Part shown: positions 1 to 8,789 of the stretch, piece after piece
Layout of the letters: each line of letters opens with the position of its first letter
How positions within the stretch are numbered: position 1 is the first letter of the stretch
Source: Leptospirales bacterium
GTDB taxonomy: Bacteria; Spirochaetota; Leptospiria; Turneriellales; JAOUFE01
Reading direction: 5' to 3'
Assembly: GCA_040326155.1 (NCBI GenBank)
Contig: JBEQLE010000004.1
Span: 1-64,000, forward strand
Length of the DNA: 64,000 nucleotides
Notes under the pieces: generated by a model
What the model was told of the DNA's origin: nothing
Database searches by the model: none
Seen by the model: only the letters and a program-made list of their open reading frames with translations
Position numbers and translations under genes: made by a program

Positions 1-84
1 CGGGCCATGTAAAATATCCGCTTCTACCCACACCGGAAAGGTGTCATATCCATGAAAACATATTGTTCTAACTTTACCAACCAT
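1..84 (-). CDS. 5' end of YifB/ComM family Mg-chelatase-like ATPase (runs off window start)
   Basis: Manual translation MVGKVRTICFHGYDTFPVWVEADILHGP resembles the ComM/YifB N-terminus; AGGAG RBS upstream of ATG at 84. Confidence 0.6.
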   Translation of the reverse strand, partial: MVGKVRTICFHGYDTFPVWVEADILHGP

Positions 85-176
85 TGTTTACTCCTATTAT
101 TTACTTAATAGCCATTTTTGCTGTTTTTTTACAAGAAAACGGTTGATTATTTGCTTAACGGTAAAAGCCTGGCTCG

Positions 177-548
177 GTGAGAAGTATAAATAAAAAAATA
201 CGATTATTAGCGATTCTTCCTTTTCTAGCTTTTATAGCCTGTTCACCAAAATTTGTTAAACAAGACCAGGTTAGTGAGCTTGAGAAAAAATATACCGGCG
301 TTTATATTCTAAAAAAAAATGTTGAAGTCGGAATAAACGAAATACTCAAAAAAGGTACAAAAGTAAGACTTTATATCGTAAGCGGACGTAAATTAGTAAA
401 AGTTTATGCCTACCCTGCTAAAGATAATCGGGAGTCCACTCTAGGGCAAAATATTTTACTATTATTTGAAACACAATTTCCCGAAAAGAAATTTAACCAG
501 GAAATTTTCATTAAAAAACTGAATGAAATTGTAAAAAAGGCCAAATAA
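177..548 (+). CDS. Putative lipoprotein (resembles Leptospira-type small lipoproteins)
   Basis: Basic N-terminus, hydrophobic stretch, FIAC lipobox. Confidence 0.65.
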   Translation: MRSINKKIRLLAILPFLAFIACSPKFVKQDQVSELEKKYTGVYILKKNVEVGINEILKKGTKVRLYIVSGRKLVKVYAYPAKDNRESTLGQNILLLFETQFPEKKFNQEIFIKKLNEIVKKAK

Positions 549-575
549 GCGGGAAACCCACTCTAAGGATGAAAT

Positions 576-1190
576 ATGAAAGCAAACTTGATGTTAGCAA
601 TACTCATGGGTATATTCGTTATATCCGGTACAATATCTTGCAAAAAACTTACCGTAGAAAATACAAAACAAAAATTAACGCCCAAAGGAAATTTTAATAT
701 GGAACAAACAGCAACAATTGAAACAAAACATGGAAATATTGTAATAAAATTTTTTCCAGACCTTGCCCCCGAACATGTCAAAAGTTTTCTCAAACTGGCC
801 AAAGATGGTTTTTATAATAAAACAACATTCCACCGTGTAATTCCCGGTTTCATGATACAAGGTGGCGACCCAAACTCTAAAGATGCCGATAAAAGACACA
901 CACACGGAACGGGAAACCCTGGGTATAGCCTACCTGCTGAATTTTCAGACACACCACATAAAAGAGGCATTGTTTCTGCTGCAAGGTCGCAAGACCCGAA
1001 CAGCGCCGGTTCGCAATTTTTTATCTGCGTCAATGACTCCAACTTTCTGGATGGCCAATACACAGTATTTGGTGAAGTCATCGAAGGCATGGATGTAGCC
1101 GATAAAATAGTTGCAGAACCTAAAGATGGCAACGACAACCCGACTGATCGAATAGAAATGACCGTTACTGTGAACGAAGCAGCCGAGTAA
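576..1190 (+). CDS. Cyclophilin-type peptidyl-prolyl cis-trans isomerase, possibly lipoprotein
   Basis: FHRVIPGFMIQGGDP, SAGSQFFI, LDGQYTVFGEV motifs; N-terminal TISC signal. Confidence 0.95.
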   Translation: MKANLMLAILMGIFVISGTISCKKLTVENTKQKLTPKGNFNMEQTATIETKHGNIVIKFFPDLAPEHVKSFLKLAKDGFYNKTTFHRVIPGFMIQGGDPNSKDADKRHTHGTGNPGYSLPAEFSDTPHKRGIVSAARSQDPNSAGSQFFICVNDSNFLDGQYTVFGEVIEGMDVADKIVAEPKDGNDNPTDRIEMTVTVNEAAE

Positions 1191-1256
1191 CTCGCTTTTT
1201 GCATGACATCAGGTTTGTATCTATAGAATTGGATTTTCAATCTAAGGAGTAATAAT

Positions 1257-1700
1257 ATGGCGCTTGTAAAAGGATCTTCAGAAGTAACAAATTCCACAAT
1301 AGGACCGAATTCATACTTTACCGGCCGTTTTTACATTAACGGTAGTCTAAAAATAGACGGTAAATTTGAAGGTAAATCTCTACAGGCCGAACAACTCTAC
1401 ATTGGTGTAACCGGAAAAGTAAAAACCGATATAACTGCCAACTCGGTAATTGTCGAAGGTATCATCATTGGAAATATTACTGCGCGAAACCGCGTTATGT
1501 TATTACCCACTGCAAAAATTTTCGGAGATATTAAAACTCCTGAGTTAATTATTCAAAACGGAGTAATTCTGGAAGGTAGATGTGCTATTTCAAACGACCT
1601 GAAACACTCAGCGAAAGAATTAATCGACTCCGAATACGGTAAAGAGTCTGCGCGCGAACAAGCGGCTATGGCGCAAATGACAAAACCGAAAAAAGCCTGA
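1257..1700 (+). CDS. Bactofilin (polymer-forming cytoskeletal protein)
   Basis: Beta-solenoid repeats GSLKIDGKFEG, GKVKTDITA, GDIKTPELIIQNG; AGGAG RBS. Confidence 0.92.
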   Translation: MALVKGSSEVTNSTIGPNSYFTGRFYINGSLKIDGKFEGKSLQAEQLYIGVTGKVKTDITANSVIVEGIIIGNITARNRVMLLPTAKIFGDIKTPELIIQNGVILEGRCAISNDLKHSAKELIDSEYGKESAREQAAMAQMTKPKKA

Positions 1701-1719
1701 AAAAATTCAAAACATAAAA

Positions 1720-2741
1720 ATGGACCATCGAACGATTATTTCCATGGGTGATCCGACCGGTGTCGGTTGGGAAATTCTTAAAACTCTCTTACGAGAAAAA
1801 AAAAATATTTTAGTTCAGACATAATCGAACAATTTAAGGGAATTATTTTAGTTGGAGACCTTTTCGATATCGAGATTAAAGATGTTAAAAAAGTCTTCGA
1901 AATTCAAAAATTTCCGGACAAAATAGATATAAATAACCCTCTTTTTAACACCCCAACCGAAAAACCCCTTTTTTTATATCTAAATAAAGAAAAATTATAC
2001 AACCCTGGCCAACCCGATACATACTTTGGCGGACGATCCTTTAAATATATCGAAGCTGCAGCGAAACTCTGGAAAAAGCTTCCTTCTGCCGGTTTAATCA
2101 CTTTACCTGTCTCTAAAGAGTGGATTATACGAAGTGGAATCGCTTTTTCGGGTCATACCGAGTATCTTTCATCCTTATATAGGGTTAATGTAGTTATGTG
2201 TATGTACCACCCAGAACTTTCGGTTATTCCGCTTACAAACCATATTCCTATTAAACAGGTTCCCGATCAAATACTATCGATGAGACATGAACCAATAGAA
2301 GAAGCGCTTGCTTTTTTTATAAACCTTTTTGCACCACAAAAAAAAATTGCATTTACAGGATTGAATCCGCATGCCGGAGAAGGCGGTAAAATTGGTAACG
2401 AAGAAGAGTATTTGACAAAGCTCTTTGAAAATATCCATACAATAAACCCAATGGATGGTCCGCTTCCTGCTGATGGGCTTTTTTCACCGACAAACAGAAA
2501 ACTCTACTCTCTTGTAATCGCCTGCTATCATGACCAGGCTCTAATTCCCTTTAAAGCCCTGTATGGACCGCTGGGAATTAACATCACTCTAAATCTGCCT
2601 AAATTAAGAGTTTCCCCGGATCATGGGCCGGCTTACGATTGTGCTGGAAAGAACATTGCCGCTATGGAAAGTGTCATTGAAAGTCTCAGGTTTGCCATAG
2701 AAAAAGGAACCCAATGGATTCTGCAATACTCTTCCCACTAA
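1720..2741 (+). pseudogene. pdxA: 4-hydroxythreonine-4-phosphate dehydrogenase PdxA, frameshifted at an A10 run (1796-1805)
   Basis: N-terminal MGDPTGVG in one frame from ATG 1720 (stop 1822-1824); PVSKE, FSGHTE, GLNPHAGEGG, YHDQ, RVSPDHG in the -1 frame through 2741. Confidence 0.85.
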
Positions 2742-3064
2742 TACTCTGGTTGATATTCGGCTTTTTTATTTTAGTCCGAACGCCGGTAAACATTTACGCC
2801 CGCATTATTGTCCTTGTTTTTCTGGCATGGAATGTCTATTTTTTTATTGAAAATCCGCAACTACTGCTTAAACCATCCGAATTAAACTGGGGTGGCATAT
2901 TTAAACAGTCCGTTGAATCGGCTCTGCATGGTTTAATCTGGGTATGGCCTCTTACGTTAATATATTCTTTTTATGCATCGAGTGACCGAGATGTGAATAT
3001 TAATTTAACAATATTAAGCGCATTTACCGCCATTGTCTGGGTTTTATATCTGATTTTCATCTAA
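2714..3064 (+). CDS. Small integral membrane protein, unknown function
   Basis: About 4 hydrophobic segments; overlaps pdxA end. Confidence 0.7.
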   Translation: MDSAILFPLILWLIFGFFILVRTPVNIYARIIVLVFLAWNVYFFIENPQLLLKPSELNWGGIFKQSVESALHGLIWVWPLTLIYSFYASSDRDVNINLTILSAFTAIVWVLYLIFI

Positions 3065-3073
3065 TTCTCTTAT

Positions 3074-3169
3074 GGGCACCTCTAAAAACCTACTTTTTTG
3101 CAAAAAAGTGGGTTTTATCGGCCTTTGTGCCCCTAGGGTGCCGTAAAAACGAAGTTTTTAGAGGTACCC
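3074..3169. mobile_element. 96-bp MITE-like element with terminal inverted repeats and TTAT target duplication
   Basis: GGGCACCTCTAAAAAC ... GTTTTTAGAGGTACCC (16 bp, 1 mismatch); TTAT at 3070-3073 and 3170-3173; internal palindrome ACTTTTTTGCAAAAAAGT. Confidence 0.8.
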
Positions 3170-3736
3170 TTATATTGCTTTTTTCAACAAAGATTTAGCC
3201 AGATAATAGGTAATTACATAAACAGCCACCGCCACAAGCATTGCCAGTGGAATCCATCCCAGAAATAAATGAAATATTGATTCTCCATAATCGCGCGTTA
3301 TCGTAAGGAAATCTTCCCAGGATTGTATCATTTGTTTCAACCCTGTTTTAAAGGCATCCCAGTGCATCGGTTCAGCTTGAACCATAAACTCCCCCAATCT
3401 CAAACAAGGAAAAAGAATTAGTATATAAAGAGGTGTTGAAATCCATACTCCAAGATAAACAGAGAGATGGTTTAAATTGAAAATAAATGCAAAAAATACA
3501 CCTATTAACATATGGGTTCCCAATAGCGGGAAAGTTCCCGCAACAAAACCCATGGCAAACCCGGTAGCAAGGTTTTTAGGTGTAAGCCCCTTTATTAGCA
3601 AATTTTTAATAGATACGCCTACAAAATGGACGTATTTTCGAATAAAGCCTTTGCTGGTGTCACGTCCAAATTCTTTCTTAATTTGTTCTACTTCGTCTTT
3701 TGCTCCTCCCAATTCATTCTTTATACTCATATCCAT
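3170..3736 (-). CDS. DUF2062 family membrane protein (likely start 3736 or 3730)
   Basis: TPKNLATGFAMG..GTFPLLGTH pattern typical of DUF2062. Confidence 0.8.
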   Translation of the reverse strand: MDMSIKNELGGAKDEVEQIKKEFGRDTSKGFIRKYVHFVGVSIKNLLIKGLTPKNLATGFAMGFVAGTFPLLGTHMLIGVFFAFIFNLNHLSVYLGVWISTPLYILILFPCLRLGEFMVQAEPMHWDAFKTGLKQMIQSWEDFLTITRDYGESIFHLFLGWIPLAMLVAVAVYVITYYLAKSLLKKAI

Positions 3737-4004
3737 AGAAGATCGAAACAAGAGACAATTTGTAAATTGTTTAAATGTTCTATCGGGCAAACAGTTCTGG
3801 CACACACAAAGCACTTTTATCATTGAAGTATTCAATCCTAACTACATTTTCTAATCATTATTTACCTCTTTTTACACTTTCAAAAAACGATTTGCTTATG
3901 TCCATTTTCAAAGAAAAAACCTATTTTTTTTTCTTGCCATTTTAATGGGATTTTTTTTGAGGTCCTGATCATGAAAAAATTACAATAAAAAAACCTATTT
4001 TCTA

Positions 4005-4032
4005 TTGACATCAGAACATTGCATCGTACTAT
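4005..4032 (+). promoter_or_regulatory. Putative sigma70 promoter of the cyc2-cytochrome operon
   Basis: TTGACA-N16-TACTAT, followed by leader hairpin CAAGAGGACTATC/GATAGCCCTCTTG (~4045-4072) and GGAGG RBS. Confidence 0.55.
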
Positions 4033-4098
4033 GTCGGTAATGACCAAGAGGACTATCTTGATAGCCCTCTTGAACATAACATTTTTTGGAGGAAAAGC

Positions 4099-5247
4099 AT
4101 GAGAAATTGTTTTAAAAAAACAACTGGTTTATTAGTAGCCGTTGTTGTTGCTGGCGCTTTCACGAGTTCAGCATTCGGCGTTGCATCATTTGCACGTCAA
4201 ACTGGACTTGAGTGCCTTAGTTGTCACACAAGTGCACCTGGTTTCCCATCTTTAAACAGCTTTGGAGCTGCTTTTAAAGCTGGCGGATACACAATGGGTC
4301 AGAATTTTGTCGAGGGTGAGAAACTTTCCATCCCCGCTGCTCTGAATACATCTATTGTAACTAAAATTCGGGCAAAATACCATGGTGGAGACGCTTATGG
4401 TGCAAATCCATCATTGACAGTAAATACTCCTGATGAATATGCAATATTTTTTGCCGGCCGTGTTGGTGAAAACGTAGGATTTGTTACTGAGTATGCTGGT
4501 GGACCTTTGTCATTCAAAATGGTTTTTGCATATGATGTAGGACCTGTTAAAATAGCTGTCGTCCCTTGGTGGTCAGATGCATTTAGCGCAGCGTGGGCTT
4601 TTGAAGGCTTATCAACTGGCGCTGTTCGAAACATTCGACCTTCAGAATCTAGTGTAGTTTCTGCTTTTAAAGAGCAAAGTTACGGTGGTGGTGGTGAAGC
4701 TGCTGGTTTAGGTCTATATGTATGGCATCCAATGGGATTCCTTGTATACACTCCATTCGTCAAAGCATATGACGGCGGATTGAACCAATCAGCTGCACAT
4801 TACGTTCGACTAGCGGTGACTCCTACTTTAGGACCACTTGAAACTGGAATAGGTTTTGCTTACTACACTGGAACTACCAGTGGAGCAACTGACTTTGGCG
4901 ATATTGCGACACAACCTGTGACAGATTACAATGCTTATGGCGTTGACTTGCAAGTTATTGGCAATATAGGTATTCCGCTTTCTGCGTTTATCACTTACTT
5001 TGCTGATGTTGAAGCAGCTACTTCTGACTTTGCTATTTACGTTGAAGCCGGATTGATTGAAAACACACTTAACTTTGGTCTTGGTTACAACATGCATCTT
5101 CATGATGATGTAAACAGCATGCTTATTGTCTTGAAGTACAACATATTGCAAAACCTTAGAGTATCCGTTGACGTTACTTACTATCTTGATGATGGTTTAG
5201 GTAATAGCGGATACGAAGTTATGCCCATGCTTTTTGGTAGCTTCTAA
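4099..5247 (+). CDS. cyc2: Cyc2-like fused monoheme cytochrome c / outer-membrane porin (cluster 1-like)
   Basis: Signal peptide; ASFARQTGLECLSCH..FPSLNSFGAAFKAGGYT; EGEKLSIPAALN; PDEYAIFFAGRVGENVGF; TGAVRNIR; amphipathic beta-strands; terminal Phe. Confidence 0.85.
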   Translation: MRNCFKKTTGLLVAVVVAGAFTSSAFGVASFARQTGLECLSCHTSAPGFPSLNSFGAAFKAGGYTMGQNFVEGEKLSIPAALNTSIVTKIRAKYHGGDAYGANPSLTVNTPDEYAIFFAGRVGENVGFVTEYAGGPLSFKMVFAYDVGPVKIAVVPWWSDAFSAAWAFEGLSTGAVRNIRPSESSVVSAFKEQSYGGGGEAAGLGLYVWHPMGFLVYTPFVKAYDGGLNQSAAHYVRLAVTPTLGPLETGIGFAYYTGTTSGATDFGDIATQPVTDYNAYGVDLQVIGNIGIPLSAFITYFADVEAATSDFAIYVEAGLIENTLNFGLGYNMHLHDDVNSMLIVLKYNILQNLRVSVDVTYYLDDGLGNSGYEVMPMLFGSF

Positions 5248-5268
5248 TAAAAACTCTTAGGAGAAAAT

Positions 5269-5613
5269 ATGAAGAAGTTATTAACATTGACAGTAGCAGT
5301 AGCAGTAGCAGGTTCTATGAGCCTGGTATTTGCTGCTGATGGCGCAACTATCTTTAAGAAGAATGGTTGCACATCATGTCACAACCCCACCAAAGATCAG
5401 CTTAAATCTGGTCTTGGCCCGTCCTTGGTAAATATTACCAAGGCTTATAAAGCCGGTGGTGGAAAAGCCGCTTTGGTCACATTCCTGCAAGGGAAAGGTG
5501 CGCCAATAGTAGCTCCGAAAAAGTTTAACACTATGAAAACTCAGCTTGGTAAAACTAAGAAGTTAAGCGATGCTGATCGTAGTGCTTTAGCAGATTACAT
5601 CCTTTCTAACTAA
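5269..5613 (+). CDS. Periplasmic monoheme class I cytochrome c (c555/c552-like)
   Basis: Signal peptide ending VFA; ADGATIF..GCTSCH; GPSL; distal Met in FNTMKTQL; LSDADRSALADYI; Lys-rich. Confidence 0.95.
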   Translation: MKKLLTLTVAVAVAGSMSLVFAADGATIFKKNGCTSCHNPTKDQLKSGLGPSLVNITKAYKAGGGKAALVTFLQGKGAPIVAPKKFNTMKTQLGKTKKLSDADRSALADYILSN

Positions 5614-5642
5614 TTTTAGTTAATTAGATGTAAATTTTCAAC

Positions 5643-5669
5643 GCCCCGCCTTGTGCGGGGCTTTTTTTT
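5643..5669 (+). terminator. Rho-independent terminator
   Basis: GCCCCGC-CTTGT-GCGGGGC followed by T-run. Confidence 0.9.
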
Positions 5670-5695
5670 TATATACTGAATAATGGAAAAATAAA

Positions 5696-6172
5696 ATGGA
5701 AATTGCAATTATATTAGGCAGCAAATCTGATTGGGCGGTAATGGAGTCTTGTGCCAATACACTCAAAGAGTTCAATATTGAATATGATGCTAAAATATTT
5801 TCTGCACATCGAACTCCAAACGAACTTACTGCCTACCTAAACGACATTACTGAAAACAAGCATGTTAAGGTAATAATTGCCGCTGCAGGTTTAGCGGCCC
5901 ATCTGGCCGGGGTTATCGCCTCTCACACAATAGTTCCTGTAATTGGTGTCCCGATGGAAGCTGGAGCACTCAAAGGAGTTGACGCACTCTATTCTATGGT
6001 TCAAATGCCACCGGGCATTCCTGTCGGTACTGTCGGAATCGGCAAACCGGGAGCAATAAACTCAGCATTGTTCGCAGTTTCTATTTTAAGCGTATCAAAC
6101 AATACTTTAAAAGAAAAAATCATCGAATATCGTAAAAAACAAGCCGAAAAAGTACTTTCACAACAAATTTAA
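5696..6172 (+). CDS. purE: N5-carboxyaminoimidazole ribonucleotide mutase
   Basis: GSKSD, SAHRTP, AAHLAGVIA, PVIGVP, QMPPGIPV. Confidence 0.97.
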   Translation: MEIAIILGSKSDWAVMESCANTLKEFNIEYDAKIFSAHRTPNELTAYLNDITENKHVKVIIAAAGLAAHLAGVIASHTIVPVIGVPMEAGALKGVDALYSMVQMPPGIPVGTVGIGKPGAINSALFAVSILSVSNNTLKEKIIEYRKKQAEKVLSQQI

Positions 6173-6264
6173 AAACGACCATTTACTCCTCCAAATCAAC
6201 TTAACTTGCGCTAAATTATTTGTATTTCTATTGACACAATAGATATTTTATGGATCGTGTGGAT

Positions 6265-7290
6265 ATGAATCTAAGCTACCCATCGATTGTCGAACAATTA
6301 TCAGATAAAAAAGAACTAACTACGGAACAAGCCTCCTGGATTATGAACGAGACGATGTCAGGAAATCTTACGTCTGCACAAATCGCGGGATGGTTATTAG
6401 CGGCTCGTTGTAAAGGCGAAACTCCCGCAGAAATTGCCCGGTTTGCGACAATTATGCGTGAAAAAGCTGTTCAAGTACCCGACCTTCCGCCGTTGTGCGT
6501 TGATACATGCGGTACGGGCGGCGATAAGTCCGATCTTATTAATATTTCAACTCTCTCAGCGATGGCTCTGGCTGCGCAAAACATTCCCGTTGCCAAGCAT
6601 GGTAACCGAGCCATCTCTTCTAAAAGTGGTTCTGCTGATATTCTTGAAAAACTTGGATACCCTTTAAGCGAAACCCCAGAAGAAATTTCACAACGAATAA
6701 AAGATAAAAGTTTTGCCTTCTTATTTGCGCCAAATTTTCACCCGGCGATGAAATATGCCGGTCCCGTTCGAAAGGAACTCGGTGTGCGAACTGTATTTAA
6801 TATCCTGGGGCCGCTTTCTAACCCGGCTCGCGCCGGAGTCCATTTACTGGGGGTCTACACTGCGCAGCTTCTTGACCCGATGGCCCAATGTTTAAACCTG
6901 CTCGGCGTTTCTTGCGCTCTGGTAGTTCATGGCGAACCGGGTCTTGATGAAATTAGTCCGGTAGGCAAAACCAAATATCGCCTGCTACACAAAGGAACAA
7001 TAACGCCCGGTGAACTTGATTCATCCGATTTTGCATTGACGATTAAAAATCTGGAATCTCTTAAGGCGCCTACTGCCGAGGTAGCGCTGGAAAAAGCCCA
7101 AAACATTATGAACGGGACATTTCTGGAAGGAATTGAGGCGGTCTCGCTAAACGCAACAGCCGCGCTTTATTTGTATGAACTTGCCCTGGAAAAAACAGAT
7201 TTACCTCTGAAGGAGTATATCCAGAAAAATGTTAAAATACTCATTGAAAAAATAACGAGTAAAGATATATCATTGGCAACTGTTATTTAA
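6265..7290 (+). CDS. trpD: Anthranilate phosphoribosyltransferase (start 6250 or 6265)
   Basis: DTCGTGGD, NISTL, AKHGNRAISSKSGSAD, RTVFNILGPLSNP. Confidence 0.97.
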   Translation: MNLSYPSIVEQLSDKKELTTEQASWIMNETMSGNLTSAQIAGWLLAARCKGETPAEIARFATIMREKAVQVPDLPPLCVDTCGTGGDKSDLINISTLSAMALAAQNIPVAKHGNRAISSKSGSADILEKLGYPLSETPEEISQRIKDKSFAFLFAPNFHPAMKYAGPVRKELGVRTVFNILGPLSNPARAGVHLLGVYTAQLLDPMAQCLNLLGVSCALVVHGEPGLDEISPVGKTKYRLLHKGTITPGELDSSDFALTIKNLESLKAPTAEVALEKAQNIMNGTFLEGIEAVSLNATAALYLYELALEKTDLPLKEYIQKNVKILIEKITSKDISLATVI

Positions 7291-8460
7291 ATGAGTAAAG
7301 CAATTGAATCTCTGTTTTTAAATGAACTTACCAACATTGGAATTGGTTATGCTTTATTAAATACCGAAAGAAATTTAATTCAAGCAAGTCCTTCTTTTTT
7401 GAATGCGCTTCGGGTCGATTTAGAACAGGTTCTAGGTAAAAAGTGGTTGACGTTTTTGCAAAAAAAACTACCGGAATCAACGTTAGAAACCATTGAAAGA
7501 TGGATTTTTCGTAAATTTAAAGACAATATTAATGAATTCTATTTTGCCGATTATGTTACAGAGTTTAACGTTCAAAAACACCTGGTACGTTTACAAAATT
7601 ATGCAATTGACAATATCAATTATACACTGATGACGATAAAGACTATTTCTGTTCCGATCTCGACAGATGATTTTACAAATACACTGAAGGGTTCTAACGA
7701 TTTAAAAATAGCCCGACGAATTCAAAAAGCGATTAATTACAATACAATCGACCACCTCGAAGGAAAATATCTAATTTACGAATTTGATTCTCTTTTTTAC
7801 CCCTCCTCTTTTTTATCAGGGGATATTATCAATATGCAGCAAATTGATCGACGTTATTTTTCAATGTTTATTGGGGATGGTCGCGGCCATGGAGTTTCTT
7901 CCGCATTGTTTTCTTCTTTAATTCACTCCTATACAAACATGATGTCGGCAAATATTCGAAGACACACCTCAGATGTCGGTACATTAATGAGAAAAGTAAA
8001 CAATCTGGCATATCGTGACTTTACCAATACAGGTGAGCACTATTTTTTCAGTTGTATATTCGGAATTGTTGATGGAAACGACCGTACATTACACCTGTGC
8101 AACGCCGGGCACCCACCTGCTTATGTAATTTACGATAAAGAAATAATATCTTTGCAGCCAAATGGACCACTTTTAGGAATAATCCCTCACGAGAATTTTT
8201 CTCATACCACCCTGGAACTCAAACATGCCCAGGCATTTATATTCTTTACCGATGGACTTTATGATCTTCCACCTGTCAACGCAGACAAGACCAATAACGA
8301 ACGAACCCGAGACTGGTTATCCGAATTATATGCAGAGACGAATTACCACACTCGAAATTTCATTAATCTGGTTATAAAAGATATTAAAAACGCGAAATCA
8401 GAAGCGCGCATACATGATGATTTATCTATTCTAACGATGATTATAAATGAAAAGCCCTAA
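7291..8460 (+). CDS. PP2C/SpoIIE-family phosphatase with PAS-like N-terminus
   Basis: SGD, IGDGRGHG, NAGHPP, FTDGL, DDLS. Confidence 0.9.
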   Translation: MSKAIESLFLNELTNIGIGYALLNTERNLIQASPSFLNALRVDLEQVLGKKWLTFLQKKLPESTLETIERWIFRKFKDNINEFYFADYVTEFNVQKHLVRLQNYAIDNINYTLMTIKTISVPISTDDFTNTLKGSNDLKIARRIQKAINYNTIDHLEGKYLIYEFDSLFYPSSFLSGDIINMQQIDRRYFSMFIGDGRGHGVSSALFSSLIHSYTNMMSANIRRHTSDVGTLMRKVNNLAYRDFTNTGEHYFFSCIFGIVDGNDRTLHLCNAGHPPAYVIYDKEIISLQPNGPLLGIIPHENFSHTTLELKHAQAFIFFTDGLYDLPPVNADKTNNERTRDWLSELYAETNYHTRNFINLVIKDIKNAKSEARIHDDLSILTMIINEKP

Positions 8461-8780
8461 ACAATACCGAGATCCATCTGGGCATCTTCCGAAGCGTGTT
8501 TTCTGACATCCCAGGGTGGGTTAAAAACCAGGTTCACGACAACATCACTTACTCCGTCAAATTTTTCACATCTATGGTGTACGGCGCTTCGAAGCGTCGG
8601 CCCAATGGGACATGTAATTGAAGTTAGCGTCATATCGACTTCAACTTTATAGCCTTCTGCTATATCTTCAATACGGACGTCATATATTAAACCAAGATCA
8701 ACAATGTTGACTTTCAATTCAGGGTCAATTATTTTGGATAATTTCGCAAGGATCATTTCTTTAGTAAGTTTTTCTGCCAT
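8457..8780 (-). CDS. DUF59 / SufT-like metal-sulfur cluster assembly factor
   Basis: DPEL.VNIVDLGLIY, MTLTSITCP, PPW. Confidence 0.92.
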   Translation of the reverse strand: MAEKLTKEMILAKLSKIIDPELKVNIVDLGLIYDVRIEDIAEGYKVEVDMTLTSITCPIGPTLRSAVHHRCEKFDGVSDVVVNLVFNPPWDVRKHASEDAQMDLGIV

Positions 8781-8789
8781 TATGATAAT

